DNA of 62,803 bases, the filler included, from Craspedostauros australis (Eukaryota), in assembly GCA_030167865.1 (NCBI GenBank). It is 12 parts of 12 records of this genome, joined end to end, with 100 filler letters (N's around TTAATTAATTAA, not from the genome) between each part and the next. Parts side by side here need not be neighbours in the genome. Positions count along the whole stretch, not along the records: positions 35,846 to 39,783 come from JALAGF010006043.1; positions 39,884 to 51,376 come from JALAGF010006044.1; 10 more parts are not named here. One strand, written 5' to 3'. The notes beneath the pieces were generated by a model that was not told where the DNA came from, ran no database searches, and was given only the letters and a program-made list of their open reading frames with translations. Of the stretch, positions 37,036 through 48,900 are shown piece after piece. Positions within the stretch are counted from its first letter, which is position 1. Each line of letters opens with the position of its first letter. Both the position numbers and the translations under genes were made by a program.

Positions 37036-37581
37036 CAGGCCGACGTGACACATGAGTTGTGGCACATGGTACTTCAGCAGTGGGCCAGTCGCAACCACGC
37101 GCTCGATGAAGAGGGCCAGCAGAGTGAGATGACGCGGCGCATGCGCTCATATTACCAGGCGATTTGGGAGCTTCCGTTGCCGTCGTTTCCTCCTCATTTG
37201 CGCCAGCTCGCCAGGCAAGCCCCGGTCACCGAACCTCAGCAAGCAGAATGGCTGCTCACCATGCTCCACGCTATGCCACACATCAAGGCCACCATTCCTG
37301 CAGAGCAGGTGGCATGGATGCGGCAGCGAGTGTCTCAGCCAGCGCCAAGTGACACCGCGGCCACCGCACGCCTCTTGCCCTAGCCAAACGCCGGACCTGA
37401 GTGGCATCGATTATGACAGCCGATGGTTCTCGACGCGCCCACGCCCAGGACCACCGCTATTGTCATGCATACATATTCCACATTTCCGTTCCCGCTGTAT
37501 GACTCATGCAGAATAAACGAGGCGGCACAAAAGCGCCTTCGGCGCATAGTTAAAAGGCTATAGTCTATGTGGTACAACAAC
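37036..37581 (+). pseudogene. Possible 3' end of a non-LTR (LINE-like) retrotransposon
   Basis: ELWHMVLQQWASRNH resembles the LW...W..RN motif at LINE pol C-termini. Stop at 37383, AATAAA at about 37511, short ACAACAAC tail. Confidence 0.4.
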
Positions 37582-37597
37582 ATGCACACAGGAAGGG

Positions 37598-38540
37598 TGT
37601 CGAGATGTACATGTGAGTATATGTCGAGATGTACATGTGAGTATATGTCGAGATGTACGTGTATATGTGCATCGTTCACCCGCTATTCTCTCATACGCAC
37701 TTGGNNNNNNNNNNNNNNNNNNNNNNNNNNNNNNNNNNNNNNNNNNNNNNNNNNACATGTGAGTATATGTCGAGATGTACGTGTATATGTGCATCGTTCA
37801 CCCGCTATTCTCTCATACGCACTTGGACGGTATAACTATATTCGTGTTGATAGTATACTGTGATTCGTCAGAATTGCAGCAGAAATGGAACACACGAAAA
37901 TGAGCAAGATTTCTAGAGGAAATTTGCAATCGACGATTTCTGAGAGAATTGGAAGATCGTCCGTCCATCCATCAATGGTACCAAGAGAATCTCAAGGTAC
38001 TTCCCAACTAAACCTNNNNNNNNNNNNNNNNNNNNNNNNNNNNNNNNNNNNNNNNNNNNNNTGACATCTGGAGAGCAGAAGGACGCCTACTGACGTCGAC
38101 AGGATGTCATCATGTCACCACGTCGACATCTGTCTCCAAGTCAGAGCAAGAGGCAAAGATCCGATGACCGAAGAGGATCAGCATCATGGATACAGAAGGT
38201 GAACTTCAAATGGTAAGTACTCATGGAGTAGGAGCCAGTACTGAATGAACGGAGTGTCAAATGCGGAGTACGCATCGAACACGGAGTATTGTGTAGCACG
38301 AGCACACGATGTTGAGAGAGAGAGAGAGAATACAGAGAGGAGCGAGAGAGCATCTCGCGTACCGACTCATAGTCGGAGACCGAATCTACAAAACAGATTG
38401 AATCACCGAGAGCATTGGGCAAGAGAATGGGCATACACCGAGAGGATCGGAGTAGCCAACTAATGAAATAGCAAACAAACGACTATCAACCAACACCATC
38501 TTCCACGATCGTAGGTTGCCGTGAGCGGAACTTGCCAACA
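37598..38540 (+). mobile_element. 3' LTR preceded by a polypurine tract (AGGAAGGG), abutting a Copia RT
   Basis: The 16-mer ATGCACACAGGAAGGG directly precedes TG here and in the 59982 copy. One extra 24-bp head repeat is present. Confidence 0.88.
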
Positions 38541-39030
38541 AAGGTGGTCGCATCGGTGTGGTCAATGAAGCGGAAACGCCGAATCAAGACCAGAGAGGTG
38601 TACAAGTGGAAAGCAAGGCTCAACGTCCACGGAGGCCAGCAGGTCAAAGGAGTGAACTTCTGGGAGACATACGCCCCAGTCGTCACCTGGATGTCCATCA
38701 GACTCATACTCATCCTCTCAATTGTGCACAAGTGGCACACAAGACAAATCGACTTCGTGCTCGCATATCCTCAGGCGGAAGTGGAGACAACTATCTGCAT
38801 GGAAGTGCCAGTTGGAGTGAGCATCGGAGACAGAGACACGAAGGACTACGTCCTGAAGCTGGTGAAGAACCTGTACGGCCAAAAGCAGGCCGGGCGAGTC
38901 TGAAACCAGCACCTGCGCCGGGGATTGAGCGACATCGGATTCACACAGAGCAAAGTCGACGAATGCGTCTACTACCACGGAAAGACAATGTTTCTGGTGT
39001 ATGTGGACGACGGCATCCTCGCAGGCCCAA
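38541..39030 (+). pseudogene. Ty1/Copia reverse transcriptase fragment
   Basis: KWKARLNVHGGQQ..G.NFWETYAPVV, QIDFVLAYPQA, LYGQKQAGRV*(W to stop) and LVYVDDGI. It is truncated on both sides by other elements. Confidence 0.93.
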
Positions 39031-39783
39031 GGGGGGGAAGGGAAAACGTCGTTTTTTGCGAATTGCGACGAAGGAAAACGAAAGAAAAAAATGGATGCGG
39101 GCAACCAAATGGTGAAAAATTCTTACGTATTTTCGAAAGGGACTTGTGGCTTTTCTGCTTATTCTTGTGTTGTGCATGTACTGCATTTTGTCTTTTTTTG
39201 GATTTTGTCATTCTGGTCTGCGGATCCTCCACCCCTCCATGAAATTCCACACATTCGACAGCCACAGAGCCAGCATGTTACCCTCTCTTCGAATGGGGGT
39301 TGCGGATGTTGTTCGAACTCTATCGCCACTTGACTTGTTGCATTTCCACCAGCAGGATTCATCTAGTTACAACAAGCAAAAGTTGCACATTCTGACTCCA
39401 CTATTTATGCCATTCTCTTCTACATCTACAACTTTCGTTCGCCATACTGAAGGCAGTCAACTTGCATTACCACGGCGCTGTCGTGCTGACCTCCCTCGAG
39501 TCCTCATCCCAGTAGCAGTTGCCTCCCCTTGCTCATTCTCCTCATTGGCATCGTCATGTTGAGGGTTGTGTTCTTCCATCCCTCCTTCTGTTGATGGTGT
39601 TGATGTTGTCGATGCTACTTCAACCTCCAGGGCTTCTTCAAAACTTCCTTCCGCTGCCTCCCCTGCTCTTGTATCATCTTCAGGGACCGTTGCAGTGGAT
39701 TCCAGCATTGCTGTTGGCGATGTCATTCCGATTCTGGTGCTTTCGGCTCCTACTGTTGCTGCTGTTGGTGATGGCATTGCCTG
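39031..39783 (-). mobile_element. End of an unclassified element with a G-rich terminus, carrying the 3' end of an ORF homologous to 51732-54573
   Basis: Sharp junction in the Copia RT at GGGGGGGAAGGGAAAACG. 39181-39520 is similar to 51477-51795. ORF ends ATGMRTRGRSARQRRGNAS* versus TTGMRTRGRAARQSRGDAS*. Confidence 0.65.
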
Positions 39784-40906
39784 NNNNNNNNNNNNNNNNN
39801 NNNNNNNNNNNNNNNNNNNNNNNNNNNTTAATTAATTAANNNNNNNNNNNNNNNNNNNNNNNNNNNNNNNNNNNNNNNNNNNNTGGTCGGTTTCGCACGA
39901 GGGATTGTGGAACTTTCACACTTTCTCAGAAATCACGTATTGAGCAAATAAACTGCAATTTTTACGTGCAGTATCTCCGTTTAAGTATCTCGAGGCGACA
40001 AACTCCATTGTCGTAACAGAACGACAATTCCGGCCGATACGTTCATGATATCGTTGCGATGGTACTATCTTATGCTCAGTATTGTTGTCGTTTATTACTA
40101 GTATTACCGCAATAGTACCAAGACATACGCAAAATTGACAAAATTGTTTTCTACAAAATCCCAACAAAACAAGGACAGAAGTGTTCCTTTGATGTGAACG
40201 GCGACACAGCAGTTGGCTGTTGAGATACTTCTGNCGGTAGTATCCGTTTTGGTATCATGTCGTCGGCTGTGACTTTGTGAACACAGTTGTGAGCGAGATT
40301 CTGGGTCTTTGTGTGACACCAGAAAACAACAACAACAACATCGGCATCAAGATCGACAATGGCATCGGTGCTGTCGCCAGGTACAAGTACCCACAGGTCT
40401 GTGTTAGCTAGCAGGATGAGCTCACGCTACAAATGTACACAATACTTGGCACACCGGTCATATGCAACACATGTGCACATCACAGCAAACCAATAGNNAA
40501 AATGACAATGNTGATTACAATGGCNTAAACANGCTGCTGTCGGTCACAGTCACCACTGTGGNCTGCAATATGGGTTGAATTCAGGATTGCAGCTTTNGCA
40601 ACTTCACTGANGGGGCATCTGNTTTGGTGGTGGGCATGCCATATTGGCCGCAGCACAGGACCCACCCACCCATCTATTCATCCATGAAGATCATCCATCC
40701 TTGTACCAGTTCCGGCGATGGCATCCAGGTTGGGATCTTTCCTCTACATTCAATGGGCAGAGATCCTTTGAAAAGTGTATGATTGTTGGTGTTGGAAAGA
40801 GTNNNNNNNNNNNNNNNNNNNNNNNNNNNNNNNNNNNNNNNNNNNNNNNNNNNNNNNNNNNNNNNNNNNNNNNNNNNNNNNNNNNNNNNNNNNNNNNNNN
40901 NNNCTG

Positions 40907-41712
40907 TGTCGAGATGTACATGCGTGTATATGTCAAGATGTACGTGTATATGTGCATCATTCACCTGTTATTCTCTTATTCATGTACAGATGGTACAACT
41001 ACATTCGTGTCAATTGTATACTGTGATTTGTCAGAATCCCAGTGGAAATGGAACACACGAAAATGAGCAGATTTTCTGGAGGAAATTTGCAATCAACGAT
41101 TTCTGAGAGAATCAGGAACATCGTCCGTCCATTCATCAATGGAAACGTATGGTATCGAGCGAAGCTCGATGTACCTCCCAACTAAGCCCCAGATGATGAT
41201 ATCATCTGACAGACCACAGCATCACCAATGGAACGTGACATCTGGAGGAACAGGACGACGACAGCTGACATAGACAGGATGTCATTGTGTCACCACATCA
41301 ACATCTGTCTCCATGTCAGAAGCAGAAGGTGAAGATTTGATGACTGAAGGGCATGGAGATCATGGATACATGAAGAGGAGTTCAAGTGGCAAGCACTCGT
41401 GGAGTAGAAGTCAGTAGTGAACGAATGGAGTGTTGGATGTGGAGTATGCATTGAACACAGAGTATCATGTAGCACGAACATGCAACATTGAGAAGAGAGA
41501 GAATACGAATAGCAGCAAGAGAGCATCTCGCGTACCAACTCATAGTCGGAGACCAATCTACNAAACACAGAGACGCGCCAAGAGCATTGGGCAAGAGAAC
41601 GGAGACACAAAGAGGATCGGAGTGCTCAAGGAATGAAATAGCAAACAAAACAACTATCAACCAACACCGTCTTCCAAGATCGCAAGTTATCCGTCCACGG
41701 AACTTGCCAATA
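40907..41712 (+). mobile_element. Older, decayed LTR copy
   Basis: Homologous to 23293-24097 with many CG>TG/CA changes; terminal CA has become TA. Confidence 0.85.
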
Positions 41713-43779
41713 TGTGTGCTCTGTTCTCTGGATACTCTGGTGTTGCAGATTTGTAGCTTGTTGGTTGTTGCTGATTGCTGATTGCTTTGCAGTAGGTTCA
41801 ATGTTCAATTCTCGATGCCTTGCCTGCTGCTGGTTGCTTTCTCCTGGATCCTTTCCATGGATTTGTTGTTTGTGGCTGCATGCCCAGCTCTCTTCTNGAT
41901 ATGCTTTTCTGGAATCTCTTGGTTGGGTAAACTGTGGATTCTCTGGTTGGGTCAAGTGGTGTGCTGGATGCTCCTCCCTCTCTCTCTCTCTCTTGTAAAT
42001 CATCACTGCCAATTCACTACTGCTTACCAAATGACATCTGGCAAGGATCACTGCTGATGCATTGATAGCTGGTGGTGGCAGAATACTCTGATCGATGCTC
42101 AGCCGTGTGTGAAGTTGTTGGGTGTGATCAGAAGCTCCCCAGCTGCTGTCTGGAGCCGCCCACTCATTGTTGATCGTTGGCAGATGTTTCAGCTCCTGCC
42201 GCATGCTGTGTTCTGATTGGCAAGTTGTTTCAGAATACAGAATGCAGTCTGCATGTTGGATAATGCTGACAAATTCATTGTACATTGGTGTCTGGCAGAT
42301 GCTTCGCTGCATGCTTTGCCTGTTGTTTTTGCATTGGCAATGTGTGGTCTGATGAGATGGTGAAGACAGAGCAAAGGAACAATGTATAAACCATGCATGC
42401 CCACTTGATTGTTGCAAAGGATGATGGTGTCATTGCTGAAACGATCAGTGACGTAAGCATAGCATGCCAAGTCCATGACTTGGTGCACCGCACATCTGCG
42501 ACAGNCAGGAGGTTCTGCAATGAATGACAACTCTGTTGCTTTGCTACAGTGAGGAAATGTGTGACNGATCCCATCAGGTTGTCCACTACAGCTGGGACAG
42601 TCTTTGTTTGGTGTGATGTGAGACAGGATGGAGCATCCCCCAGGTGTTGATACTATCTATCTCTAGAGGCACAGTGGCATGGCATGGCGTGGCAGGGATG
42701 GATAGATGGATGGGTGTTTGTTGAATGCCAAGTCTGGCGTGGCTGAGTATGAGAGGGTGGGAGACTGTTGTGTTGGAGTCTATTTGTTGTTGGGGATTGT
42801 TTGTCGGCATGGCTGGGGTTCTTGGCATGGCATGTTTCTTCTTCCACTCTCGATCCCACTTCCACATGAGCTACATACTTGCTCTGCAGATGAAGTTGAG
42901 TTGGAAGGAAGGGAGGGAGGAGGTAGCGTCAATTGGCAGTGTTGTCAACGAGTTTCTGAATGAGTTGTGTTGAGAGTTGAGCATGGATTGCCACACAAGA
43001 AACCAACGCTCCTCCTCGTTGCCAACAACGCGAATAGACCACAGATCAAAGTACTCAAGTTTTGGCATTATCGTCCTTATTTTTGAACAGTGGCCACTGT
43101 TTTGACAGAAAGAAACAAGAAGAGACAAGAATCATGCGATGATTTGCGTACAAGAGATGCAAAAAGAGAGATCTGGACAATCGAATCAATCATTTTGGTT
43201 CAGATTGGGCAAAAATGCGAAAAGCCATGTTGGTACCATGAGGAAACAAACAGTTTGACGAAACAGTGTGGGAAACAGGAAAGGAAGAAAGCGAATTGTG
43301 ACGTCACATGGGCATTGCAAAGACCTAAATCCCCATGAAAGTGGCTGTCTCCATTGCGTCCAGACAAGTTTCAATAGCGGGGCTCCCCCTGAAATTCGGA
43401 CAGCCCGGCGTGTCCCAGTACCCAAGTTCTGGGGCCACTCGAACCCATCACGAATCATCAATCAAGCAGGCTTTTACATCAGAGTGTTTGACCCGATCGA
43501 CTCAACAGGCTGGATGCACGACCCACGTATGGTACTCAAACAGGCCAATCAACGAACAGATGGCACACTGCCCTTTCCTGACACTAGGCTTAATAGGGGC
43601 AGGCCTACTGGAACTATCAACAACAACAACAACCATGCAAGGCCAACATCAGAAAGTCACAACACAAGCACATAAGATCACAGGAATTCATCAGTCACTG
43701 TCGTCGCATGATCACGGCGCACAGTACTGCATGAAACTTCACTGCTGATCTCCTCTCTTCCTTTTTGGTTTTCCTCGTC

Positions 43780-45930
43780 ATGTCCGGCCTCCAGGACCTC
43801 TCTCGCCGCTTCGCCGACTCCCTCTTCGAGGACGATGGTGGTGGGGGGGACGATGATGCGTTTGCAACACCGCAGAAGGCAGCTTCGGTAACGTTCAACC
43901 TTGGGAAGACGGCTGTCTCCGGTAAGCGTTACAAGCTGTATTGTGTTCCTACGACCGACGACGAGTATGAACGAGCATGTTTCACGATGATTGGGAAGGG
44001 AGAAACCTTCTGCACAGACCCAAGCTGTTCCAAAACACATCAAGGAGTTGCATGGGACCCACCCAAAGGGGAGCTGCACATTGCAAAGACAGCAACAACT
44101 GCATACTTCACACCCAGCCTGCCACTGTCACGTCTGCACGCAGAGCTAGCCAAAAACATGACCGCTGCTTCGTTGTCTCTTGATGATTGGCTTCGTTTCT
44201 TCACTGCTGCCACAGGCATACCACCGGAACTGCCCATTACCACCGAACTCCTTCAGGCAGAATACGAAGACATTGCACAAGCCCACCTTCAGCGCACTCC
44301 TCGCAAAAGCAAGACTCTTTCTGCAATGGAAGATGCTGCAGGCAACCCTGCTTACACCAAACAAGTGAATGATCCAACCGACCTTGAACAACAGGGCACA
44401 CTGAACGATGTCGCCAAGACGCTGTGTTCCGTTGACAACGAAGTAGCCAAAACCTCCAAAACCCTCAACGATACAGTACGCCTCCTCCTCCAAGAACAAC
44501 AAACCAACCATACTGCACACAAGACGGCTGCTCATCGTATCCATGAGGTGGAGTCCAGTCTTGGCAAGCGCGGCCGGAACCAATTCGAAGGTTTTGAGTC
44601 AGTGACTGTCTGGGGCACCCTCGCAACGGTCTTGGACATGATGGCATCATTCGACGACGCGCTCACAGACCCGCCCTCTAGCGAAGATGTACTCGCGTTG
44701 GAGCAGAAGATGATATCCGAGATCGCAGCCGCAAAAACAGAATCTCAAGCGTCTGTGTCTCGTTTGGAATCCTCAACTGTTTCCACGATGTCCCAGCTGT
44801 ACGACCGTTTCAAGGAACTCGCGGCGCGGTCGTCCGGGGGAAGCAATCCTGAGATTCAACGCCTCTCAAACACCGTCGATGCCATGCAAGCACAAGGCAA
44901 CCCCACTGAACGACTGAACCAACTCGAAACCGCGTTCGCACGCATCCAATCAACAACTGATACCACTCGAGTTCGATTTGGAGGTTTGGGTTTCGGTTCC
45001 TTCCCGGAAGCCAGTCTCTGGCTCGACACTGAGTGCCCTGATTTCGATTGTGGCCACTTCGTGGATGCTCATGTGCTTTTCCAACACATCCTGGTTCGGA
45101 TGACTGGCGGAAGCAACCTCAAGATGCTGACAACACTCAAGAAAGCTGGCATTGCTACAGGCAATTTTGCCACAACAGTGGAATCATTTGATCACACCAT
45201 CCCTACCTTCTTCTGCTCCCCTGGTGTAGGCAAGCCCATCGATGTCACGCACTCATTCTTTGACAAGATCCCATCATATGCAGATTGGTCCATCGTGTCC
45301 ACAGGGTACAAGGACAAACTGGAGCTACACTTGCGTGACGTCCGCTTCGACATCGAGTCCTCCATCCGTGATGTTTATGATTATTCATCCCGCCAAGCCA
45401 GCCTCATGCAAGCTGCACTCAGCAGATCCGCGGAGTGGATTCATGGGTTCGTCCGATTCATTGATGACTACTACAACGACCTGAACCGCTCACGCTACAG
45501 CACAGCCAAGGCTTGGCACCTGGTCACCTCGCTGGGTTACCGTCTCATCAGTGAGATCGCCAAGCCTCGTCGAATGGCACCTGGTGCACTGAATGCCGAC
45601 AATCAAGCAAGCAACAACAAAGTCATGTTCTTTGCTATCCTTCGCAGCTTGGATATCATGGAAGAAATAATGGACAAAGGATTTCGTGACCATCCAATTG
45701 TGGCAAACGAACTGGTTCGCTTCCTCGCAAAGAATACCGGTCAAGAAGCCATTGATGTACTGCAACGCAAAATGGCAGCTGCAGAAGACGTGATCAAACA
45801 GCAAGCGAAGGATTTGAATGCACAAGAGAAATTAATCACCACATTGAAGAGCACCGCGAAAACCAATGGAGATGAACTCAAGGCGCTCAAATCGCGCATC
45901 ACGAAGCTGGAACAGAAGGCACACAAATGA
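43780..45930 (+). CDS. ORF1, gag-like protein (716 aa)
   Basis: N-terminal C-x10-C-x4-C-x3-H (CFTMIGKGETFCTDPSCSKTH), coiled-coil-like C-terminus, and position upstream of pol. Confidence 0.75.
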   Translation: MSGLQDLSRRFADSLFEDDGGGGDDDAFATPQKAASVTFNLGKTAVSGKRYKLYCVPTTDDEYERACFTMIGKGETFCTDPSCSKTHQGVAWDPPKGELHIAKTATTAYFTPSLPLSRLHAELAKNMTAASLSLDDWLRFFTAATGIPPELPITTELLQAEYEDIAQAHLQRTPRKSKTLSAMEDAAGNPAYTKQVNDPTDLEQQGTLNDVAKTLCSVDNEVAKTSKTLNDTVRLLLQEQQTNHTAHKTAAHRIHEVESSLGKRGRNQFEGFESVTVWGTLATVLDMMASFDDALTDPPSSEDVLALEQKMISEIAAAKTESQASVSRLESSTVSTMSQLYDRFKELAARSSGGSNPEIQRLSNTVDAMQAQGNPTERLNQLETAFARIQSTTDTTRVRFGGLGFGSFPEASLWLDTECPDFDCGHFVDAHVLFQHILVRMTGGSNLKMLTTLKKAGIATGNFATTVESFDHTIPTFFCSPGVGKPIDVTHSFFDKIPSYADWSIVSTGYKDKLELHLRDVRFDIESSIRDVYDYSSRQASLMQAALSRSAEWIHGFVRFIDDYYNDLNRSRYSTAKAWHLVTSLGYRLISEIAKPRRMAPGALNADNQASNNKVMFFAILRSLDIMEEIMDKGFRDHPIVANELVRFLAKNTGQEAIDVLQRKMAAAEDVIKQQAKDLNAQEKLITTLKSTAKTNGDELKALKSRITKLEQKAHK

Positions 45931-45936
45931 CAATTA
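45928..45936 (+). promoter_or_regulatory. Putative programmed stop-codon readthrough signal TGA-CAATTA (CARYYA)
   Basis: It is the only stop between in-frame ORF1 and ORF2, and the hexamer equals the TMV-type readthrough context. Confidence 0.7.
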
Positions 45937-48900
45937 AACAGTAGCAGTGAAGTGAATGAACCCACCTCTCTGTCTGCGGCTTCTTTGTCTTTTGTTTCGG
46001 ACCGTTCTCTTCTCCAACCCCCAGCACAAATGCATATCGTGCTGGCATACGAACACTTTCCTTTCTGGCTCTTATCTATCCAGAAGGTTTGTGTGTGTCG
46101 CATCGAGCTGATGGTACCTCAGGGTGCTCCATTGTCACATGGCATCGAACTTGCCTGGCGGCCACTCTTCCAGGCCTGCGTGGAATACTTCGGAGATCTC
46201 ATCCAACCGTGGAAGGGGCCCACTGCCTCCTATCATTTGGCTCTTGTCACTGGTTCACAGCTCTTCATCGAGCAACATCGAACGCGGTGCGATGCCTCCC
46301 AGTTCATTGGAGTGATTGACAACCATGTCATTGATCGAAGACGAACTCACTACAGCGATGAGTGGCACCAGATTCAGCATCCACGTGTTGGGGGAGCCAC
46401 AACTTTCACCACCTGGTGGCTTGCAACCCCAGCACTCAACCCGATGCAATTCTCTCAACACAATGATGTCCAGTCTTTGCTGCACCGGGGGTTCCCTGTG
46501 AAAATCGATAGGATGAAAACAGTGGCGGCTGTCACTCATCGCCTCCGTATTGGCCAATGGTCACCTTCGGTGGTCACCACTTCATATTACTCTCGAACGA
46601 TAGCAGGGACCAGACGTCTCACATCCATTGAGCTCAGCACCATTTTCAACATCCCCAACATCTACGCCCGTGTCAGGGTACCTCCGTCTCTCTACCCCTT
46701 TCTACCCATTGGCATACTCAATGCATTCATGGCAATCGCTGCACGTCAACCCATGATGCACCAACCACTCGTTCACCGAAGCGCAACGTCAGTGAACAAC
46801 ACCAACAAAGACGTTTGGTTGCCTTCCATACAACGATGGCTACCGAGTGCATGGAACAACATTGGCTGGGTTTCGACAAAGGCGGCGAAAGGCGATGATG
46901 CTGACATCCATTTCTCTCTATGGGATGATCGCATTCGACTCGTCCTACCTGATGCAATGCCATTGGTTCCGCTGCTCAGGGGTCTACTTCTACGATATTA
47001 CAGGCGTTCTGTATGGAAGGAGATGCGGCAACACCTTCGGGTCTCTTTTGGTCCACGCTGGTGGGTGTTGCTCATGTACATAAAACATCGGCGACACCAC
47101 AATCGGTCAAGTCATGGACGCTTTCTGCAAGCACTACAGTCCATGGAACTTGATGGGTATGATTCTGATGCCACTGTCGCGACAACTAACCTACAGAGCT
47201 GTTCTGTGACACATCTACAGCACCAGGAGCGAACCATGGGCAAGCAGATGATGGCTGCCACGACCGTCTGCGCGCGCATACTCATGCAACTCGCCACGGC
47301 CTCGTGGTGGAGGTGGACGCGTGGGTCGTCGCTCCTATTCTGGCGGTGGTCAGCGTATGCGGAAATAGCACGTGAGGGCATACCTCCATGTATCACAGGT
47401 ACCTTGCCACACTACCGCCCAGCACCAAAACGCTTCACCCTGTCCGACTACGCGCTTATGCTTCCCAAGATGAAAAAGATGTTGGACAACGGGTATATGG
47501 TTGTTCCAAGGCTGCAGCGAAGCATCCGCAGTTGCATTGATTACTTCCATGTGCCGAAGGATACAGACATCCGACCGGTGTACAATGGCACCAGCTGTGG
47601 GCTTAATGAGGTGTTGTGGTCTCCCAAGTTCTGGCTCCCAATGGCCAAAACTGCGGTGCGGGCTATGGACTTCGGCTTCGTCTCGTCCGACCTGGACATC
47701 GGCGAAATGTTCCACAATTTCCCGCTGCACGCCGACCTCAAAGCGTGGTCGGGTGTCGATCTCTCCAACTTCGCTGCTGATCTCCCTGACTACACAACTC
47801 CTCATCGACGTCAATTCCACGTTGTTTGGGACCGGTGCTGGATGGGAGCTCGCACAAGTCCGTACACGGCTGTTCGTTTCTACTATCTGGCAGAAGACTT
47901 CGTGTTGGGCGATCGACGCAACACCCACAATGCCTTTCGATGGGATCAGCTTCGGCTCAATCTCCCTGGGTCATCGCAGTTTGATCCATCCAGGCCACGC
48001 GTCATCAAGTTCAATACTCGCACTCAACGTATGGCTACGCAAATGCTGGTCTATGTTGACGATGTCAGAATCGTTTCGACAGACATTAATGCGGCGTGGC
48101 TGGCCACTCATCAGGTCTCCACGCGACTGCAGCATCTCGGAATACAGGATGCTCTCCGTAAGCGCCGCCCTCCATCCGCCGTGCCTGGTGAATGGATTGG
48201 CTGTGTATTTCGGGCCTCCACGGATCAAGTCTCGGTGACGGTCTCCCTGGCCAAGTGGGAGAAAGCGCGTGCACTCATCCAGCAATTGTGTCAGCAGTTG
48301 CGTTCATCAGATGCTGGAGTCGTCAACTACAAGGATCTTGAGCGCACACGCGGTTTTATGTGCCATCTCTCGATGACGTTCCCGCAGGTTGCGGTGTTCC
48401 TCAAGGGGTTTCATTTGACTCTGGCTTCTATTTGGCCTGGTCGCGACGAACAAGGGTGGCGCATTCCTTCTCGTTCTCTTGCTGCGGCTCTTCACCATTG
48501 TGATGACGGAGGTCCTTCGCCACCGAATATACCGGAGACCATTCTTCCGGTCGCCCGGTTGCACGATGATCTTCGTGCGCTGACGCAGCTCTTCGCTCTG
48601 GAGGCTCCGCCCTGCATTTCGCACCGTGCTCGCACGATGCTTCAGGTGATTTATGGGTTTGTGGACGCCTCTGGGTCCGGTTTTGGGAGTTCTTTTGCCC
48701 TAACCAGCGGCATTTCTTGCCGTCTGGGCTCATGGGGAAGGGACACGGAGAGTCTCAGCTCCAATTTTCGCGAGTTTTCCAATCTCGTTGAATCCTTGGA
48801 GGAGGAGGGCAAACGTGGCAGTCTTCGTGACGCAGTCGTCTACGTCTTCACTGACAATTCCACGGTGGAACGGGCTTGCTACAAGGTCAACACCAGCAGT

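Noticed and set aside
36192..38540. Inverted LTR pair as the termini of one DIRS-like or TIR element
   Set aside because: The same unit occurs singly elsewhere with a PPT and TG..CA ends, so independent insertions explain it better.
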